This document shows, one piece after another, positions 33,501-41,100 of a stretch of 64,000 bases of DNA (position 1 is the stretch's first letter; each line of letters opens with the position of its first letter). This stretch comes from Dehalococcoidia bacterium (GTDB lineage: Bacteria > Chloroflexota > Dehalococcoidia > Lucifugimonadales > G958296245), in the NCBI GenBank assembly GCA_963664035.2, contig OY760867.2, positions 192,881 through 256,880 on the forward strand, written 5' to 3'. The position numbers were made by a program, and so were the translations under genes. The notes below the pieces were generated by a model. It saw only the letters and a program-made list of their open reading frames with translations. It was not told the origin of the DNA and ran no database searches.

Positions 33501-36414
33501 CGCTGTCCGAGTACGGGCTGCTCCCGCGGGAGTTGGTGGCCTGCACCTGCACCTCGTATTCGGTCTTGGGGTCCAGCCCCGTCAGCGTCGCCGACGTTCC
33601 GACGCCGGAGTGGCTGAAGGACGACCACTGGCCTGCGGAGGTCTTCTTGTATATCACGCTGTAGCCGGTCACGTCGGGCACGGCGAAGGGCTTGGTCCAG
33701 GACACGTTCAGCCGGGTGCCGGGGTTGCCGGAGTTGTTGCTCACCGTCGGCGCGCCGGGCTTGTAGGGCCTGCCGGACACGCCCGTCTTGATGTGCAGCG
33801 CATTGCCCCATATCTTGGGACAGCCCACGTCGCTTGCCTCCATCCCGAGCGCGACGTCGTACTTCGTGTTCTCCTTCAGCCCCCAGACGTTCCCGTTCCT
33901 GTTGCCGTTGCCTCCCGGCAGCCCCGATGTTTCGGTCCAGCTCGTCGTTCCCGATTCCCTGTGACGGGCATGAACTTTTGCGCTCAGGGACTGTACGCGA
34001 TAGCTGATATTGAACCCATAGTTCGCGGTCCCGCTGTCGAACTTCACCGCTTCCTTGGCGGAAACATTGGTGGGGTAGCCCAGGACGTTGCAGGTGCTGT
34101 AGTTGTTGTCCCACGCGACGGTGAACTGGAACTCGAGAGAGACCGATTCCCAGTCCGTCGCCGAGGCGGTGTAGGTCAGCTCCGCGTCATGGCTGACCTG
34201 CGTCGGCACAGTTCCGCTGAGGACGCGGGTGCTGGCGTTGAAGCTGAGCCATGAGGGAAGGCTGCCGGACACCGCGTAGGTGGGCGTCACGCCGGAACTG
34301 CTGACCGCCGGCAGCGTGTAGCTCACGTCCTTGGTATCGAACCAGTCGCTCAGGACCATCTTGTCGGTGATCTCGCTGACGCCGAACGCCAGGGTGGGAT
34401 TCACGATCTCGATATAAAAGCTCCTGGAACCGGAGTCGCCGTAAAGGCTGGAGGCGTAGTACGTATAAGAGCTTCTGGTCGTCCTGGCCGAAGGCGTGCC
34501 GGTGATCTTGCGGTTGGAGCTGCTGAAGCTCAGCCCGGAAGGCAGGGTGCTCATGCTGTATTGGGTTGCGCCCGACACGTATGGAAGCTGGAAATCGACG
34601 GCAACGCCCCTGGTCCAGGTCTGGTCCGAGATGTTCGGCACGGAGAGGAGGTCTTGGGCGCTGGCCTGCTCCTCGGCCGCCAGCACCATGATGCCGAACC
34701 GGAGCGTGGCGGTGTCCGCGCCGTCGGTAGCGCTGTAGCGGTACGTGGCCTTGGTCGACGTCGCCGTGGGCGTGCCGCTTATGGTGCGCGCCGAGGCGTC
34801 GAACGAGAGGCCGTCGGGCAGCGTGGGCGAGAGCGAGTAGGTCGTCGTGCCGTTGCCGCCCGTCGCGGCGGGCAGCGTCAGGGTATTTATGGCCAGGTCC
34901 GTGATATAGAACTGGTCGGCGATGGCCGCGCCGCCGAAGGAGAGCCCCGGCGTGGTCGTGGCCGGCGTGCTCGTGGCAATGGGCGTCGGCGTCGGCGTGG
35001 GAGTCGCCTCGAACGGCCCCGCGGCCGGAGAGTTGCGCCAGCCGCTGTCGCCGGCGGAGTTGCGGGCGCGCACCCCCACGACGTACGTCTCGTCGTTATC
35101 GACGCCCCTGATCGTGATGCTCTCGTCCGGGTGGTTGAGGTCCGCAAGGCTCCAGCTCTGCTTGCCGTCCGAGCTGTAGGTGACGTGGTAGCTGGTCGCC
35201 CCGTCCACCGCCGGCCAGCTCGCCGTCAGCACGCTGTTAGTCCGCGACACCGACACAGAGGACGGCCTTGCGGGCGGCTTGACCGGCTTCGGCGCGGGCG
35301 TAGCCGTCGGGTCGGGCCGCGTCGTGGGCGGCGTGTACGGCCCGGCGGCCGGCGAGTTGCGCCAGCCGCTGTCGCCGGCCGAGTTGCGGGCGCGCACCCC
35401 CACGATGTACGTCTTGCCGTTCGAGACGCCCTTGATCGTGATGCTCGTGCCGGAGTGGTTCAGCGCCGCCAGGCTCCAGCTTCCCCCGCCGTCCGAGCTA
35501 TAGGTGACGTGGTAGCTAGCCGCCCCGTCCACCGAGGGCCAGCTCGCCGTCAGCGTCCCGTCGGCCCGCGACACCGACACCGACGACGGCGTGGCCGGCG
35601 GCGTCCCGGTCGATCCGAACGGCCCGGCGGACGGCGAGTTGCGCCAGCCGCTGTCGCCGGCGGAGTTGCGGGCGCGAACGCCCACGATGTACGTCTTGGC
35701 GTTATCGACGCCGCCGATGGTGATGCTCGTGCCGGAGTGGTTCAGCGCCGCCAGGCTCCAACTGCCCCCGCCGTTCGAGCTGTAGGTGACGTGGTAGCTG
35801 GTAGCCCCGTCCACCGCCGCCCAGCTCGCCGCCAGCGCCCCGTCGGCCCGCGACACCGACACTGACGACGGCGTGGCGGGCGGCGACGTGGGCGGCTCGG
35901 GCGTCGGCGTGGGCGTAGGCTCAGGGGTGGGTTCGGGCGTGGGCGTAGGCTCAGGGGTGGGTTCGGGCGTAGGCGTAGGCGTCGGCTTGGGCGGTACGAA
36001 CGGCCCGGCGGCCGGCGAGTTGCGCCAGCCGCTGTCGCCGGCGGAGTTGCGGGCGCGAACGCCCACGATGTACGTCTTGGCGTTATCGACGCCGCCGATG
36101 GCGATGCTTGTGCCCGTGTGGTTCAGCGCCGCCAGGCTCCAACTGCCCCCGCCGTTCGAGCTGTAGGTGACGTGGTAGCTGGCCGCGCCATCCACGGCGG
36201 CCCAGCTCGCCGTCAACGAGCCGTCGGCCCGCGACACCGACACCGACGACGGCGTGGCGGGCGGCTTGGCCGTGTCCGCCGCCTCCGCGCCCGGCGCCCC
36301 GACGGGCAGGAAGGCCCCCGCCATCAGCGCCAATAGCAAGGCCGGCATGAGCAATCGCCTCATGCCGGCCTTGATGCTGTGCGCAACGTGCCTCGTATAG
36401 CTCACGAACTTCAT
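24544..36414 (-). CDS. giant cell-surface protein (3956 aa): FN3, putative-Ig/dystroglycan-type and cadherin-like repeats, C-terminal TM anchor
   Basis: Single uninterrupted ORF with SD GGGGGAAG upstream of ATG 36414. Signal peptide MRRLLMPALLLALMAGAFLPVGAPGAEA. Four FN3-like units with Pro/Thr/Glu linkers, then LPxGLSF..SGTP putative-Ig units, then alternating FN3 (DYDVxYR...YEVQVRA.N.EG.G.WS) and cadherin-like (IAENSAAGT.VG..V.ATD...TL.YSL.G.D...F.I...TGQI.V......DYE....Y.V.V.V.D) modules. The tail is a TM helix plus YRRRRLKHNPV. Confidence 0.9.
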   Translation of the reverse strand: MKFVSYTRHVAHSIKAGMRRLLMPALLLALMAGAFLPVGAPGAEAADTAKPPATPSSVSVSRADGSLTASWAAVDGAASYHVTYSSNGGGSWSLAALNHTGTSIAIGGVDNAKTYIVGVRARNSAGDSGWRNSPAAGPFVPPKPTPTPTPEPTPEPTPTPEPTPEPTPTPTPEPPTSPPATPSSVSVSRADGALAASWAAVDGATSYHVTYSSNGGGSWSLAALNHSGTSITIGGVDNAKTYIVGVRARNSAGDSGWRNSPSAGPFGSTGTPPATPSSVSVSRADGTLTASWPSVDGAASYHVTYSSDGGGSWSLAALNHSGTSITIKGVSNGKTYIVGVRARNSAGDSGWRNSPAAGPYTPPTTRPDPTATPAPKPVKPPARPSSVSVSRTNSVLTASWPAVDGATSYHVTYSSDGKQSWSLADLNHPDESITIRGVDNDETYVVGVRARNSAGDSGWRNSPAAGPFEATPTPTPTPIATSTPATTTPGLSFGGAAIADQFYITDLAINTLTLPAATGGNGTTTYSLSPTLPDGLSFDASARTISGTPTATSTKATYRYSATDGADTATLRFGIMVLAAEEQASAQDLLSVPNISDQTWTRGVAVDFQLPYVSGATQYSMSTLPSGLSFSSSNRKITGTPSARTTRSSYTYYASSLYGDSGSRSFYIEIVNPTLAFGVSEITDKMVLSDWFDTKDVSYTLPAVSSSGVTPTYAVSGSLPSWLSFNASTRVLSGTVPTQVSHDAELTYTASATDWESVSLEFQFTVAWDNNYSTCNVLGYPTNVSAKEAVKFDSGTANYGFNISYRVQSLSAKVHARHRESGTTSWTETSGLPGGNGNRNGNVWGLKENTKYDVALGMEASDVGCPKIWGNALHIKTGVSGRPYKPGAPTVSNNSGNPGTRLNVSWTKPFAVPDVTGYSVIYKKTSAGQWSSFSHSGVGTSATLTGLDPKTEYEVQVQATNSRGSSPYSDSGKGTTQGNEAPSFSSATASRSIAENSAANANVGAAVTATDPESDTLTYSLTGTDASKFGIGSGTGQITVKSGNIPNYEAKTSYSVTVNVTDGKDDDGDTETTATTDDTIAVTINVTDVNEPPAKMSAPTVAHGTDPATELNASWTAPTMTGKPAVDDYDVRYKKTGDSTWTELTDNTKSTTLSATLSSLTTGKSYEVQVRAGNAEGDGDWSDSGTGITDANAVTRSIAENSAAGTSVGAAVAATANASYTYTYSLDGTDKDKFSIGTSTGQIAVGTGTSLDYETKTSYGVTVEVAVAAKAQGANAQSLDPNAPGDYTIPVTINVTDVNEAPEFSDATATRSVAENSAAGTSVGAVVTATDPESDTLTYSLTGTDASKFDIGSGTGQITVKAGNIPDYEAKTSYSVTVHVTDKKKADGTADTAIDDTIAVTIDVTDVNEPPPKLAVPTASRSSSNYHGRFDLSWTALTATQMSGKPPVTDYDVQYKKASDSDWTDFAHTGTATSTTVTGLTGANTNYDVRVRAANDEGDGDWSDSATWTTDPAPATRPVAENSAAGTNVGQPVNSHIDIQDYDASMRLEGTDKDKFTIESSTGQIKVKTGNIPDYEARSSYSVVVHVDAVQTGGSDTFSSVKIIPVTINVTDVAEPPVKMSAPTVVLNGTTPTTKIDVSWTALTTTQMSGKPAVDDYDVQYRKHGDSTWADASFTGMGTSTALTGLTSGKSYEVQVRAVNAEGDGAWSDSGSAITKAGGVTRSIDENSAAGANVGSPVTATSTSYTYTHSLSGTDAGKFEIGSATGQITVKSGTTLNYESGTISYSVIVTVRAAAKSQGAGAQSVDPNAPGDYVVPVTINVADVAEPPVKMSAPTVSVNGTTPTTKIDVSWTALTTTQMSGKPAVDDYDVQYRKHGDSTWTDASFTGMGTSTALTGLTSGKSYEVQVRAVNAEGDGAWSDSGSAITKAGGVTRSVDENSAAGANVGSPVTASNTSYTYTHSLSGTDAGKFEIGSTTGQITVKSGTTLNYESGTISYSVIVTVRAAAKSQGAGAQSLDPNAPGDYVVPVTINVTDVAEPPAAPAAPSVWQHSPSPKTELDVSWTAPDVTGKPAITDYDLRYKKTATSTWSAWAHAGTATTARLTGLTEDTSYDVQVRAVNDEGDGAWSASGSARTQDKNVHSEFPSATTTRSIAENSAAGTAIGAPVTATDTENHTLYYSLSGTDGGKFDVGLNTGQVKVKTGYVPNYEAKTSYSVVVQVSDRKDKDDNPDTVVDDTIEVTVYVTDVAEPPAKPVVTVAANAATPTSKLDVSWTAPDMTGKPALTDYDVQYRLSGGSSWTDLGFTGTATSTSITGLTAGKSYDVQVRGSNAEGDGDWSNSGVAITRAGGVTREIAENSPAGTNVGAAVTATSTAYTYSHSLSGTDAGSFTIESATGQVKVKSGTTLDYESNKTSYSVIVTVRAASAGVQSASVDPNAPGDYVVPVTINVTDVNETPEFSEGDSATRSIAENSAAGTNIGAAVLASDADKDTLEYSLAGTDAAKFEIGSGTGRIAVKAALDYEAKATYSVTVQVTDNEDDSGNPDAAIDDTIAVTINVTDVAEPPAAPDGPTMKQNADTPSAALDVWWTPPDMTGKPAITDYDVRYRKTGTSTVAWTSHSFTGTATSTTIAGLAKGTRYEVQVKAINDEGESGWSTSGSTRTRAIEKASVEVPENAAGGTAVSGSLPAVDSDGHAVAYAMTSDQVVGGQGGTQHGEFTINSTTGQILVRQGANLNYEQSHSHVITVTASHADQNDPDHDMINAVITVTITINDVAEPPAAPDAPDLFQGSDRYRTLDVSWTAPDMTGKPAITDYDVEYRLAGGSWVDLSFDGTETSDTITGLTPGSKYEARVRASNAEGTGAWSDAGTGVTEVLPSADDITNPPNEPDAPSVSPAGSSPQTALRVTWTAPADNGSAITGYNIRYRVDGAKSWSSDSSTVTGVVISGLTEETTYEAQVQAINGVGKSAWSDSGTGSTTAYPAATVVDEYQAAPVQQQGPIESRPAAQSNGDAKLKTKTGLTFRVAENSPADTSVGTPVEATDSDGDALTWSITGADEFTIDAATGQIMVASGAVLDYESVRSYSVTVGVSDGLDADGNADASVDDTTDVTILVTDVAEPPARPDAPSVSENADAPTSALTVGWAAPGNGGGPAITGYDLRYRAKGAGSWQSDSSTATGAVISGLASGTSYEVQVRAVNDEGASEWSASGEGATEEGATEKANAAPTFPSGVARSVSENAAAGTLVGDPVTATDADGDALSYSLSGASEFAIDAGTGQISVAAGAVLDYETKSSYAVTVSASDGSADATVAVTIRVTDVDESAAVAFTSGSVTRQVSENAVAGTLVGDPVTAEGDGLSYTLGGASEFAIDAGTGQISVVTGAVLDHETKSSYGVTVRASGRSSDASISVTIGVTDVDEPPSRPDAPSVSAAASAPTSALSVGWDAPSNGGGPAITGYELRYRAEGDTSWTTVGSTATSVAITGLASGTTYEAQVRAINDEGASEWSESGAGATAKPNAAPTFPSGMARQVAENSAAGTPVGEPVAAVDADGDALSYTLSGASEFAIDAETGQISVAAGVVLDHETVHSYVVTVSVSDGVHAEVAVKVTIRVADVDEPPSRPDAPSVSAAAVTPTSALSVGWDAPANGGGPAITGYDLRYRAEGASGWTSHPVVGTVTGAAIAGLESDTTYEAQVRAINDEGASEWSESGAGATAKPNAAPAFPSGASREIAENSAAGTAVGGPVTATDADGDALSYGLSGASEFAIDAETGQISVASGAVLDYETKSSYAVTVSVSDGLDADGNADAAVDATVSVTIGVTDVDESVAAPNGPPSVTAPGDKEYRQGETIASFAIAVADPDGDAVSVSLTGLPGGLSYSGGKVSGTVSSDATTATYTVTITASDGVNAAVTAEFDIEVSEPGALVLLADLSLVNWLWLLLALLLVVLWIVYRRRRLKHNPV

Positions 36415-36464
36415 CGACTTCCCCCTTGCCGAGTCAAGTTCCCGTCAACAACGTTCCGCGGGGC

Positions 36465-36493
36465 ATACTACTCCGTGACAAAATGATTGTCAA
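36465..36493 (-). promoter_or_regulatory. sigma70-type promoter of giant gene 1
   Basis: Minus strand reads TTGACA (36488..36493), a 17-nt spacer, then TAGTAT (36465..36470), about 50 nt upstream of ATG 36414. Identical hexamers and spacing are conserved upstream of the paralog (51882..51910). Confidence 0.55.
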
Positions 36494-36599
36494 CCCCTGA
36501 TTTACCCTAATCAACCATACCCTCGTCAAACAGCCATGGCGCTAACGAATGCCCTGAGTACGATTGCCCTGAGTACGGTTGACGTGATTACGATTGACG

Positions 36600-37565
36600 T
36601 AGGGGCGGGTTTCAAACCCGCCCTCGGCCCCTGCCCATCGATGCGACGCCCATGCCAGGGCGACCCAATTCCCATCCCCCTGTGCGGCCTTCCCCAGGCG
36701 CAACCCCGTCATCCCAACCGCAACCCCCGTCACCCCAACCGCAACCCCATCATCCCAACCCAAATCCCCCACCTCCAGATTCGGCGCCATATCTATCGGC
36801 CATCACCCCGTAGGGGCTGGTTTCAAACCAGCCCTCCCCTTGCCGTAGAGCGCACCCCCGTCATCCCAACCGCACCCCTGTCATCCCAACCGCAACCCCC
36901 GTCACCCCAACCGCAACCCCCGTCATCCCAACCGCACCCCTGTCATCCCAACCGCACCCCTGTCATCCCAACCGCACCCCTGTCATCCCAACCGCACCCC
37001 TGTCATCCCAACCGCACCCCTGTCATCCCAACCGCACCCCTGTCATCCCAACCGCACCCCTGTCATTCCGAGCGCAGCGAGGAATCTAAGGGCGTCTCCC
37101 TACAATTGATGTTGGATTCGCGGGCAAGGTCTTAGATTCTTCACTCCGCTGCGCTACGTTCAGAATGACAATATGGGGTGGCTCTCACGATTCAACTCAT
37201 GGAGACTGAACAGTTACCCCCAAATCCCCCACCTCCAGATTCAGCGCCATATCTATCGGCCATCACCCCGTAGGGGCTGGTTTCAAACCAGCCCTCCCCT
37301 TGCCGTAGAGCACAACCCCGTCACCCCAACCGTACCCCTGTCATTCCGAGCGCACCCCTGTCATCCCAACCGCACCCCTGTCATCCCAACCGCACCCCTG
37401 TCATCCCAACCGCACCCCTGTCATTCCGAGCGCAGCGAGGAATCTAAGGGCGTCTCCCTACAATCGACGTTGGACTCGCGGGCAGTGTCCTTAGATTCCC
37501 TTCGGCTGTGGGCGCCACATCGACGGCAGGGGCCTGGGAGGGCGGGTTTGAAACCCGCCCCTACG
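36600..37565. repeat. composite repeat region: REP hairpins, 20-21-bp minisatellite, ~460-bp direct duplication
   Basis: The unit GCA(A)CCCC(Y)GTCAYCCCAACC is repeated about 3x at 36701..36762, about 11x at 36853..37065, and about 5x at 37315..37420. The blocks caaatcccccacctccagattc...taggggctggtttcaaaccagccc...tgtcattccgagcgcagcgaggaatctaagggcgtctccctacaat occur twice (about 36761..37130 and 37221..37475). REP palindromes lie at 36602, 36813, 37273 and 37539. Confidence 0.9.
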
Positions 37566-37666
37566 TGAGACTGGACGGCTGCGCCCTGGGACAGGCAACC
37601 GCAAACTTGACATTTGAATACGCATGGGTGCTATGCTGGAGGCGCCTTACCGGATCGTGAAGGGGG

Positions 37667-38035
37667 ATGACGATGGGGACCTTTAGCGCGGAGGTCGGCG
37701 TCAATAACGGCAATGGAGGGCCCACTCAACACGTGGAGGCAGTGGCGGACACGGGTACGGGCTTCTCGATCTTCCCCGACGCCTTCCTGCGGGAGCGCGT
37801 AGGGATAAGGCCCAAGCGGTACGATACCTTCGTCTTCGCGGATGGACGCGAGAGGGAGATGCCGGTCGGAGAGGCCCGCTTCATCATCGGAGACCGGGAC
37901 GCGGTAAGCCCCGTGGTATTCGGAACGGGAGACTACTTCCTGCTGGGCGCCGTAACCCTACAGGCGTTGAGCCTGATTGCCGATACCACCAACCACAAGC
38001 TCATCCCCGCCCGAAAGTTCGCCCGCCCCCTCTAG
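37667..38035 (+). CDS. retropepsin-like (clan AA) aspartyl protease, single domain
   Basis: 122 aa. It has ADTGTGFS (a D-T-G active-site triad) at aa 27-34 and the hydrophobic LLGAVTL 'flap/GR' region typical of small bacterial retropepsin-like proteins. It is the only protein-like ORF between the two giant genes. Confidence 0.65.
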   Translation: MTMGTFSAEVGVNNGNGGPTQHVEAVADTGTGFSIFPDAFLRERVGIRPKRYDTFVFADGREREMPVGEARFIIGDRDAVSPVVFGTGDYFLLGAVTLQALSLIADTTNHKLIPARKFARPL

Positions 38036-38093
38036 CCCCTCCCATCATCCCAATCACGCCCATCACGCGAATCACAGTTCAGACAAAAGAAAT

Positions 38094-38125
38094 GGCCCGC
38101 CCTCGGTTCCCCGCAAGGGCGGGCC
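38094..38125. terminator. stem-loop terminator (duplicate of 24486..24517)
   Basis: GGCCCGCCCT-cggttccccgca-AGGGCGGGCC. On the minus strand it is followed by ATTTCTTTTGTCTG (T-rich). It lies 26 bp past the stop of giant gene 2 and 59 bp past the protease gene. Confidence 0.7.
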
Positions 38126-38150
38126 TGGTCGTCTAGGGCTATTGGGGGGC

Positions 38151-41100
38151 CTAGACAGGGTTATGCTTCAGCCGCCGCCGCCTGTAGACGATCCACAGGA
38201 CCGTCAGCAGCAGCGCCAGCAGCAGCCACAGCCAGCTCACCAGGGACAGGTCCGCCAGCAGGACCAGCACGCCGGGCTCGGAAACCTCTATGTCGAACTC
38301 CGCCGTCACCGCGGCGTTCACGCCGTCGGACGCCGTTATCGTCACCGTGTAGGTGGCCGCCGTCGCGTCCGACGAGACCGTGCCCGACACCTTCCCGCCG
38401 GAGTAGGACAGGCCGCCAGGTAGCCCGGACAGCGAGACCTCCACCGCGTCGCCGTCGGGGTCGGAGACCGCGATGGCGAAGGACGCGATGGTCTCGCCCT
38501 GCCGGTACTCCTTGTCCGCAGGCGAAGTCACCGACGGCGGGCCGTTCGGCTCCTCCACGCTCTCGTCCACGTCGGTAACGCCGATGGTCACCGAGACCAT
38601 CGCGTCCACGGCAGCGTCGGCGTTGCCGTCCGCGTCCAGCCCGTCGCTCACGCTCACCGTCACGCTGTAGGAACTCTTCGTCTCGTAGTCCAGGGACGCC
38701 CCGGCGGCCACGCTTATCTGCCCGGTCTCCGAGTCTATGGCGAACTCTGATGCGCCGCTCAACGTGTAGCTCAACGCGTCGCCGTCCGCGTCCGTGGCGG
38801 TCACCGGACCGCCCACCGCCGTCCCGGCCGCCGAGTTCTCAGAGACCTGCCGCGACGCGCCGGACGGGAAGGCCGGGGCAGCGTTCGGCTTCGCCGTAGC
38901 GCCCTCGCCCGACTCCGACCACTCGCTCGCGCCCTCGTCGTTGACCGCCCGCACCTGCGCCTCGTATGTCGTGTCGCTCGCCAGGCCCGCGATGGCCGCG
39001 CTCGTAGCCGTCCCAACCACGGGGTGGGAGGTCCAGCTCACGGCGCCCTCAGCCCTGTACCGCAGGTCGTACCCCGTTATGGCCGGCCCGCCGCCGTTGG
39101 CAGGCGCATCCCACTCCACGCTCAGCGCGCTGGTGGGAGTGGCCGCAACAGCGGACACCGACGGCGCGTCCGGCCTCGAAGGAGGCTCGTCAACGTCGGC
39201 AACCCTGATGGTCACCTTCACCGACGCCTCCGCCGACCCGTCGCTCGCGCTCACCGTCACGCTGTATGAGTGGACGGTCTCGTGGTCCAGCACGGCGCCA
39301 GCGGCAACGCTTATCTGCCCGGTCTCCGCGTCTATGACGAACTCGGATGCGCCGCTCAGCGTGTAGCTCAGCGCGTCGCCGTCCGCGTCCACGGCGGCCA
39401 CCGGCTCACCCACGGGCGTCCCGGCCGCCGAGTTCTCGGCTATCTCGCGCGACGCGCCGGACGGGAAGGTCGGGGCCGCGTTCGGCTTCGCCGTAGCGCC
39501 CTCGCCCGACTCCGACCAGGGGCTCGCGCCCTCGGCGTTGACCGCGCGCACCTGCACTTCATATGTCGTACCGCTCGCCAACCCGGTGATGACCGCGCCG
39601 GTCGCCGTGGAGCTATCGGACTGCCAGTCCGTGTCTCCCTGCGCCCTGTACCGCAGGTCGTAGCCCGTGATGGCCGGGCCGTCGCCGTTGGAAGGCGCGT
39701 CCCAGCCCACGCTCAACGCGCTGGTGGGAGTGTCAGCGGCAGCGGAGACCGACGGTGCATCGGGCCTCGAAGGAGGCTCGTCAACGTCCGTAACCCCGAT
39801 GGTCACCGAGATGGCGGCCGAGTCCGACGACCCGTCGCTCGCCCGCACCGTCACGCCGTAGGAACTGACGGACTCGTAGTCCAGCACAGCGCCCGTCGCC
39901 ACGCTTATCTGCCCGGTCTTGGAGTCTATCGCGAACTCGGATGCGCCGCTCAACGTGTAGCTCAGCGCGTCGCCGTCAGCGGTCACGGGATCGCCCACTA
40001 GCGTCCCCACCGCCGAGTTCTCGGATACCTGCCGCGTTACGCTGCCGGACGTAAACGCCACAGCGGCGCTCTCGTCCACGTCGGTCACCCGGATGGTCAC
40101 CGCGACCGTCGCGTCCGCCGATCCGTCGCTCGCGCTCACAGTCACGGCGTAGCTGCTCTTCGTCTCGTAGTCCAGCACAGCCCCAGCGGCCACGCTTATC
40201 TGCCCCGTGCCCGCGTCTATGGCGAACTCGGATGCGCCGCTCAGGCTGTAGCTCAGCGCGTCGCCGTCAGCGTCCGTGGCGGTCACAGGGTCGCCCACGA
40301 GCGTACCCGCCGCCGCGTTCTCAGACACCGACCGCGCTACGCCCGACGGGAAGATCGGCGCCGCGTTCGCCTTTTCGGTAGCGCCCTCTTCGGTAGCGCC
40401 CTCGCCGCTCGCCGACCACTCGCTGACTCCCTCGTCGTTGACCGCCCGCACCTGCACTTCATATGTCGTGTCGCTCGCTAGGCCCGTGATGACCGCACCG
40501 GTCACGGTGGAGCTATCGGACGTCCAGCTACTGGAGCCCTTCGCCCTGTACCGCAGGTCGTACCCCGTTATGGCCGGGCCGCCGCCGTTGCCGGGCGCGC
40601 TCCAGCCCACCGTCAGCGCACTCGTGGGTGAGGCCGCGTTCGCGGACACCGACGGCGCGTCCGGCCTCGCGGGAGGCTCGGCAACGTCCGTCACCAGGAT
40701 CGTCACCTCCGTCGTGTCGTCAACCGACGCGTCCGCGTTCCCATCCGCGTCCAGTCCGTCGCTGACACCCACCGTCACGGCATAGCTGTTCTTCGTCTCG
40801 TAGTCCAGCGCAGCCCCGGACGCCACCATGATCTGCCCCGTGCTCGCGTCTATCGTGAACTCGTCCGCCCCGGTGATGCTCCAGGTCAGGGCGTCGCCGT
40901 CGGCGTCGGTCGCCTCCACGGGGGTCCCAACCGACGTGTCCGCGGGCGAGTTCTCCGCTACCCGGAAGGTCAGGGCCGTCTTCGTCTTGAGCTTCGCGTC
41001 CCCGTTCGACTGGGCCGCCGGGCGAGACTCGATCGGCCCCTGCTGCTGCACCGGCGCCGCCTGGTACTCGTCCACCACCGTCGCAGCCGGGTACGCAGTC

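Noticed and set aside
36536-37568. ORFs 36536..37135 and 37173..37568 (Pro/His-rich), and 51842..52351 -, 52272..52517 -, 52296..52679 +
   Set aside because: They are translations of REP hairpins (..GAGFKPAP.., ..RGWFQTSPP..) and minisatellites. These peptide strings are classic repeat-derived false ORFs.
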